Positions 61,146 through 64,000 of a stretch of 64,000 nt of DNA are shown here, piece by piece. Position 1 is the stretch's first letter, and each line of letters opens with the position of its first letter. Origin of the DNA: Escherichia phage vB_EcoM_Ozark. The translations under genes were made by a program, and so were the position numbers. The stretch lies in sequence record NC_054927.1, one strand, 5' to 3'. The notes under the pieces were generated by a model. That model had not been told where the DNA came from and searched no databases. It was given only the letters and a program-made list of their open reading frames with translations.

Positions 61146-64000
<2,855 letters not shown>

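Overview
This window is a collinear segment of a T4-like (Tequatrovirus-type) myovirus genome, read by eye from the sequence and the ORF track; no searches were run. Positions 529-43678 are almost entirely minus-strand early/middle genes: recombination nuclease 46/47, alpha-glucosyltransferase, late sigma factor gp55, the anaerobic ribonucleotide reductase block (nrdH, nrdG, HNH endonuclease, nrdD), endonuclease VII, thioredoxin nrdC, a long run of small genes, rI, tk, regB, a glycyl-radical cofactor, lysozyme e, Nudix hydrolase, a 10-gene tRNA cluster, internal-protein genes, 57B/57A, gp1, gp3, gp2 and gp4. After divergent late promoters at about 43.7 kb, the plus strand carries the late baseplate, short-fibre, fibritin, neck and terminase genes 53, 5, 5.1, 5.4, 6-12, wac, 13-16 and a partial gene 17. 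No CRISPR array, integrase or clearly novel multi-gene system could be demonstrated. The best leads are accessory features: two free-standing HNH endonuclease genes (one whose first 13 codons mimic the nrdG start), a tRNA set of Leu/Gly/Pro/Ser/Thr/CAU/Tyr/Asn/His/Arg with no Gln gene, five ORFs carrying a capsid-targeting-like N-terminus, a run of consecutive proteins with coiled-coil C-terminal tails, an ATPase plus nucleotidyltransferase-like pair, a macro-domain protein, and repeated early-promoter/stem-loop cassettes. Comparisons with T4 are from memory and are hedged accordingly.
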